In this document: positions 58,128 through 64,000 of the stretch, piece after piece
Layout of the letters: every line of letters starts with the position of its first letter
How positions within the stretch are numbered: position 1 is the stretch's first letter
Assembly (NCBI RefSeq): GCF_022045235.1
Contig: NW_027266286.1
Coordinates: 12,214,001-12,278,000, forward strand
Source: Haliotis cracherodii
Lineage: Eukaryota
DNA length: 64,000 nt
Direction: 5' to 3'
Position numbers and translations under genes: made by a program
The notes under the pieces: generated by a model
What the model saw: the letters and a program-made list of their open reading frames with translations, nothing else
Databases searched by the model: none
What the model was told of the DNA's origin: nothing

Positions 58128-61100
58128 TAAATGAAAGGTCCTTGTGCTATTCTACCAGTGTGAATCTTCAACGATCTATACCTCTTATGTTAAATGATTG
58201 TCCCTGTGCTCTAGGGTCCGTTGGAAATACAGAAATAAAACAATTGAGAACATTCACCACAGTATGTATGTACATTGGACGTTGAACTCACAAAACAACA
58301 TGTCCTCACAATTGGCACCTTCCTGGGTTGTTATTCGGATAATGAAATATGTATTGTTCACTGGAGGAGGACATGCTCACTGTCAGCATCAAAGCGGTAA
58401 ATTGTTATTCGAACCAATTCGAGCCGATTCGGGTGACTCAGTTGCTATGAAAACCAGATCTTTTCGGAATATTGAAAGAAGAACTGTCTCCTTCAACCAT
58501 CTGCACTAACCGTAGTGAATTATCATTGAAGTGTATTCTGGTGGATCATCGCACTGTTTCTGGATCATAATGCAACAGAGTCATGACGTGATTTGGTTCT
58601 GCAATGCATCTTCATACCTTATGTGTAATAACAACTAACATGTCCGTGACATTGCACATTGGTCATGTTATTAGGATAGCGAACTACATATTGTGTAATG
58701 GAAAAAAGAGTATAAAATCACTGTCGGTACTATTTGAAATGTTGTTCTTACTGAAAGTGAAAATGGATTTTATCATCTCTTATCAAGAGCATGACACTTT
58801 ACAGTGATTGCCATTTGAATTTTTTTTAAATGGTGGTAACCATTAGTATTAAATAGGACACTTTACCTATTCATGTTTGTCATTTGTTTCTATGTTGTAC
58901 ACTCACAGGTGAGTTTTTCTTAAACAAAAACAAGATGTATGGTTCATTGATAGCCAATGCATAATAACCAAGCATTTCAACTTTCAGTTTCAGGCTACCA
59001 TGAGGGTTAGGAGTAGGGTTAGGGTTAGGGACATTAGACATGGCTTTCATTCAGATGACACTCTGTCCAACAGCATATCTCCGAAAACTGGATGTTATTT
59101 TGATACTGCTGTGAAAAAAAATCTAATATAAAAGGCTTGGGACCAGGAAATAGATATACTTTCTTTTGTCACCAGGTGGTAATTATGTTAATTAATTACG
59201 AAACAAATTTAAGATTAACTCTTAGGGGAATTATTCCATTATCTTATTCTCATTACAGAAGGATGTGTCACTCTCTCATATGTCGCTTTATGTAGATTTC
59301 CGTCTTCTCCCGAACTCAATAAACACATTGACACATAAGCGCAGAGAGATACGATGTATTGTGTATTGGTATCTGAAACTAAATACATGTCATGACCCTG
59401 CTCACAGAAAAAAACTATCTTTCAAGGCTTGGGACACTGGACAGAAAAGTAATATCTACTAATTTATCATCTGGTGTTGTTTGTGTTTATACATCATGGA
59501 ACAGTGTGGAAATTCAATATTTGCTCGTAAGTGGATCAGTTCATTATCATATTGTCATGAGAGAAGAAGTATGATAGTTCGATATCTGGAGATAGACCGT
59601 TTGTCTTCTCTCAAATTCAATAAATACATTGACACCAAAATAGAGTAAGGTATAGTGCATCGTGTATTGGTAATCATTTGAGACCATAAGATCCTTCCTT
59701 GGTGTAAACTCCAATGCATTTGTGTATACCGGGTTGTATTCAATCTTATTGTGGTTACTGATATGGATTATTGAGTTCATTAGGCCAGTTACACAAGATA
59801 AGATAACCCTTGGAGCCCATGTCTGACTACATGTATGTACCAACACCTCAATGCCTACTATTAGAGGATACACAGTACAAATTGATGACAGGTTATATGC
59901 GTTTCACCTTCTATCGACAAAGTCCGTGTGTGATTGTCAAATACGGGAATTTAGATAAGTTGAATATGATCCAAATTCTTTGAATTTATCAAACGTTGTC
60001 AGAAAAGGCTGAAAACCAGACATTACACAACAGTACTAAATATGTAATTATACAACATGGAATTACAGTTATCGTGGCTATGGTACCACACACATCAAGG
60101 TGTCAGACTTAGAAAGCAATGACTTGTGAGTGCATGTATGCCACATGGCTATAGACTCATTTAACTAACTAAAGAGTCACTGCAGATGTAGAGTCACAAA
60201 CAACAAAGAAGGATTCTTTCCGTATATCAAACATGAGGCTGGAGCAAGCTTTGCAACCTTGCGTGAAGGAGACATATGATGTCCATCCCAAATTGAGGAA
60301 TATACAACCGCACAGTTGAAAAGCTGTGGTTACTGGCACAAAACGTTGCCATATGGGAATTGTGATGAAGCATTTCTATTGTCCCTGTGTACATCATTGA
60401 TTGAAATGGACCTATTTTCAGTTCCAGATTGTGGGAGGGAACAATGTTTTACTTTGTGGCTCAGTGATGGATCGACAAAAGCGGAGACCACCTTTCATGC
60501 TGGAATTCCTTCATCAAATACTTAGTTCTGGCATATAATTGGACAGCCTCGCCATGAAATGAATGCAACCGTCTCATCAATATTCTTTAATTGACCCATT
60601 AGGGTAGACTATTTGCTGCCCACTGTAACCTTAGTTTTGTCAGTTTTAACGACAAGGAGTAGTATCGAAGTCAATTGTCAGTAAATGACTCCACTGGGCA
60701 CGCCAAATTGTGATATCATATTTGTGTACATTCCCATTGTATGTATTTGTTATAACGACGACATTTTGGCCTGTCTCAATACGTAGAGCTTAAAAGTGAA
60801 TTTAAGCAATTGAATTGATTGAAAGCATTGAATCTGTAAACTATAATCACAACGCTCGTGTTGACGCTCACTGTATTAGGAAGTCTCAAGGGCTTTCAAG
60901 TATTTTATCTGTCCAGGTTTTATGTTGCTGTGGTTGTATGTTCACAGCGCGACTCTAACTGTCCTTCATCTGGAGTCCTGTTCGTCATAATCTCACATTT
61001 AATGTGAAACACTGAAAATATTTATTTGGTACTTTATTGATCAGCATGTACATCTCAGATACATGACTGTTGTTCCTTTTTATTCAACGCAACATCGAAT

Positions 61101-62894
61101 GCTGATCCTAATATATCAACAAAAGTTCAAATAAAAGATACCGAGAAACTGCGAATGTGGCGTGTTAATTCATCATCTACCGTTTCCGGGTCATGGGAGC
61201 AAACAAAGTCAAACGAATTAAATAGACGCCAATCATATCGTCAAAGATACATTGTTATTTCCTATTAGTGGTGATTACTGATACTATGAAGTGATGTGTG
61301 TTTATTCCGGAGGTGATAAATTTACTGTTATTGTTTTGTAACGATAGATTATCAGCAGACTACCCCTGTCTGTGACATCACATCCGATGACCTTAGCACT
61401 TACTGAAATATTGCTGTCAGATTTCACGATCCTTTATTTCTTTTTTCTCTTGTCACATTGAAGGCAAAATTACAAATGAAACAACCCTCGACAAGGAAGA
61501 TCGTCAACTTTCGCCAATGCATGTATATGAAGGCAATGTATTCTTGATGTTAAAATAGCAATAAGTTATGCTGAGATCGGGCGAAACGCGCCATGTTTGA
61601 TTTTCGTACGTCTTCATCACGACACGGGAATTGTACTTTCGTATATCGTAAATATTCAATCAAAAGACTTGAAATTAGGATTGGTGAATATTTATGAGTC
61701 ATCTATGTTTTCCTGAACATTTATAACATGACAAGTTGCACTAATGTCCTTATTTCTGCAACTACCATGATGACCTCGAAAATTAGGTTTTTATTCTGTT
61801 TTACTTTTGGATAATTTTATTTACTGAAATGGTTTATAATTTACCATCTCGCTGTTATTTACCAATACAGAAAATCGAATTTATACTCGGTTACAATTAC
61901 GATATCGCAGATATGATAATTGAAATCAATTTGCACAAACTTAACGATTTAAAACGGTTATTAACATGAAACGCATACCACCTTGAATAACGTAATTCAG
62001 GTAAGTTCAAGAAAATGTACAATTGTTATGTTCGTTTTGGCCTTAACCTTGGTATGAATGAAAACATCAGAATATATTTATATAGCAATATATAGTTTTC
62101 TATCAGGCATAAATGTGCAAAATATTACTTTAATTGTCCCTTGTTTAAAGAAGCACCGACTGTTTGAAACCGTTAACTAACTTTACAGCTAAAACACAGT
62201 TGTTAACATTGTATATCGTAGCCTAACATTGTAATATACCAGGATCGAAGTCCGTTATCTGTACGCTGCTGTGATTCACCTGCAACAACATTTGCATAAA
62301 ACAACAACACTCACTTTATAATGGACCGATCACATAGCTTCCAATAAGTACAATATATGGCCGAAATTAGATTTCTTGTACAGTATACCCACTGTTAACG
62401 ACCAGAATGTGTGATTGATACCCAAAATACAGAAACAATCTGTAATCATTTAGAGCTGACAGCCTGCTTTGTCCAAGATATGCAAAAACAATACCGCTGG
62501 AAGAACAATGTTGTCCCATACAACATGAAGGTTACCTCATGTAAATGGACGTATGATATATCAATAATCAATTCGGGCAGGCATGCCTCTACTCGACATT
62601 ACAATTAATATCGGTGTGTACACATTGCCTTTAATTCAATTTCGTGGGTAAATGCATTGTGTGTGGATAATGAAGTTCCATTAGCGCCGGAATATGTCAA
62701 CATGGCTGGCTGTGTGACAAATAAAAGCCAATGCTCAATACCCCTTTGAATCGATGACTGTCCTTGTTATCTGTGGAAATAATCACCAAGACTACACATA
62801 AACAACTAGTCAATTGGTCTGTCTGCAGACACCCATTAAACTATCAATTATGATATGTGGACCTTATTTTGTACAAAGCTGGTGACCGAGGAAG

Positions 62895-64000
62895 ATGCAG
62901 CTCCCGTCTGTGCTGGTGTTGGTGTTGGTGGTATGTAGATCTGCTGCAGAAAATATTGAAGACATGAAAAGGCTGTACAGCGACCTGTTTCGGAACTACA
63001 GCACTAAACACAGACCCGTGAACAACCAGAGTCACCATGTTGACGTTCACAATACATTCAACCTGGTTGCCATAACTGAAGTTGATCAGGTCCGACAGAC
63101 CCTCCACAGCAACGTCTGGATGAATCTGACATGGATGGACGAGTTCCTTATCTGGACACCTGAGAATTACAACGGCATTAAGTCTATTCATCCTCCCTTG
63201 ACTGACATTTGGAGACCCAAACTCATGGTTCCAGTGTCTCTGGAGGATCGGGACGTCTTTAAAGACGACACATCCGGTATCACAGTTTACAGCGATGGCA
63301 CAGTCACTTGGACACCTGGGGCAAACTTTCTTACTGACTGTAAGTTAGACTTGACGTTATTCCCATTTGATGTTCAGACATGCGAGTTCCGATTTATCCC
63401 CATCAGCTATTATTCAAGTGAGGTAAAGATGGTCTCAGCTTTGAAGAGTGCAAACAGCCAATCCTTCACAACTAACGGAGAATGGATTCTTCCAAGTTCC
63501 AGAGCTTTCACACGCGAAAGGCACATCGGAGAAGATTTAAGCTCATCTTTCCTTTACATTCAGATTGATCTGGAGAGGCGTCCGGCGTTCTTCGTCCTCA
63601 ATGTCATCCTACCTGTAGTGGTGCTTTCCTTTCTCAACATATTCGTGTTCGCACTGCCGTGTGACTGTGGCGAGAAGGTTTCGTATGGCATCACATGCCT
63701 TCTCTCTCTAACTGTATTCATGAGCATCGTGAGTGGACTACTTCCAAACTCGTCCGACAATATCCCGCTGGTCACCCTGTATCTTACATGTCTGTTCGGC
63801 ATCAGCGTTCTGTCAGTTGTCACCACCATTTTCATCGTCATGATATCTACCAGGAAGATCAACAACAAGAATACACACTCACCACTGTTTGTGATACCAC
63901 GTTGTTGGTCGTTATCACTTCATGGACGTAAACGCAAGGTTATGGACGAGATTCAGCAGGAATCTAAAAACCATGGTTTGGCAGGCGATGGGATCCCCGG
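62895..64000 (+). CDS. Divergent nAChR-like subunit, copy 6 (cut by the window edge)
   Basis: ATGCAGCTCCCG at 62895; collinear with copy 4 and open to the end of the window. Absent from the ORF track because no stop codon falls inside the window. Confidence 0.9.
   Translation, partial: MQLPSVLVLVLVVCRSAAENIEDMKRLYSDLFRNYSTKHRPVNNQSHHVDVHNTFNLVAITEVDQVRQTLHSNVWMNLTWMDEFLIWTPENYNGIKSIHPPLTDIWRPKLMVPVSLEDRDVFKDDTSGITVYSDGTVTWTPGANFLTDCKLDLTLFPFDVQTCEFRFIPISYYSSEVKMVSALKSANSQSFTTNGEWILPSSRAFTRERHIGEDLSSSFLYIQIDLERRPAFFVLNVILPVVVLSFLNIFVFALPCDCGEKVSYGITCLLSLTVFMSIVSGLLPNSSDNIPLVTLYLTCLFGISVLSVVTTIFIVMISTRKINNKNTHSPLFVIPRCWSLSLHGRKRKVMDEIQQESKNHGLAGDGIP

Larger units (their letters stand above)
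31526..64000 (+). repeat. Tandem segmental array, ~6.0-6.2-kb unit, at least 6 gene copies, continuing past the window
   Basis: ATG positions 32627, 38652, 44868, 50874, 56889 and 62895 (spacings 6025, 6216, 6006, 6015, 6006). Spacers align along their whole length. Confidence 0.97.

Overview
Eukaryotic, AT-rich invertebrate DNA. It is probably a mollusc: the SINEs resemble abalone-type repeats from memory, which I could not verify. The window has two halves. (1) About 1.5-31.5 kb is one decayed minus-strand LINE (I/Nimb-like ORF1, endonuclease and start of ORF2; ~2.6 kb of real sequence). Six insertions from six different TE groups split it: a BEL/Pao remnant, an Academ DNA transposon, an 11.8-kb CACAG-ended CMC/CACTA-like element, a young gag-less Gypsy element with TA...TA LTR ends, a tRNA-SINE and a Helentron derivative. 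Most junctions can be read with their target-site duplications. (2) About 31.5-64 kb is a young tandem array with a ~6.0-6.2 kb unit and at least 6 copies, running off the right edge. Each unit carries a single-exon-CDS Cys-loop ligand-gated ion channel gene. These nAChR-like subunits keep the Cys-loop and a cation-type GEK/M2 pore. They have lost the principal-face acetylcholine-binding residues (loop A Tyr, loop B Trp, loop C Tyr/vicinal Cys), and their few extracellular differences cluster in loops B and C. This architecture resembles cephalopod chemotactile receptors and is the best candidate here for an undescribed sensory receptor system. Coordinates were counted by hand; boundaries marked ~ are approximate.
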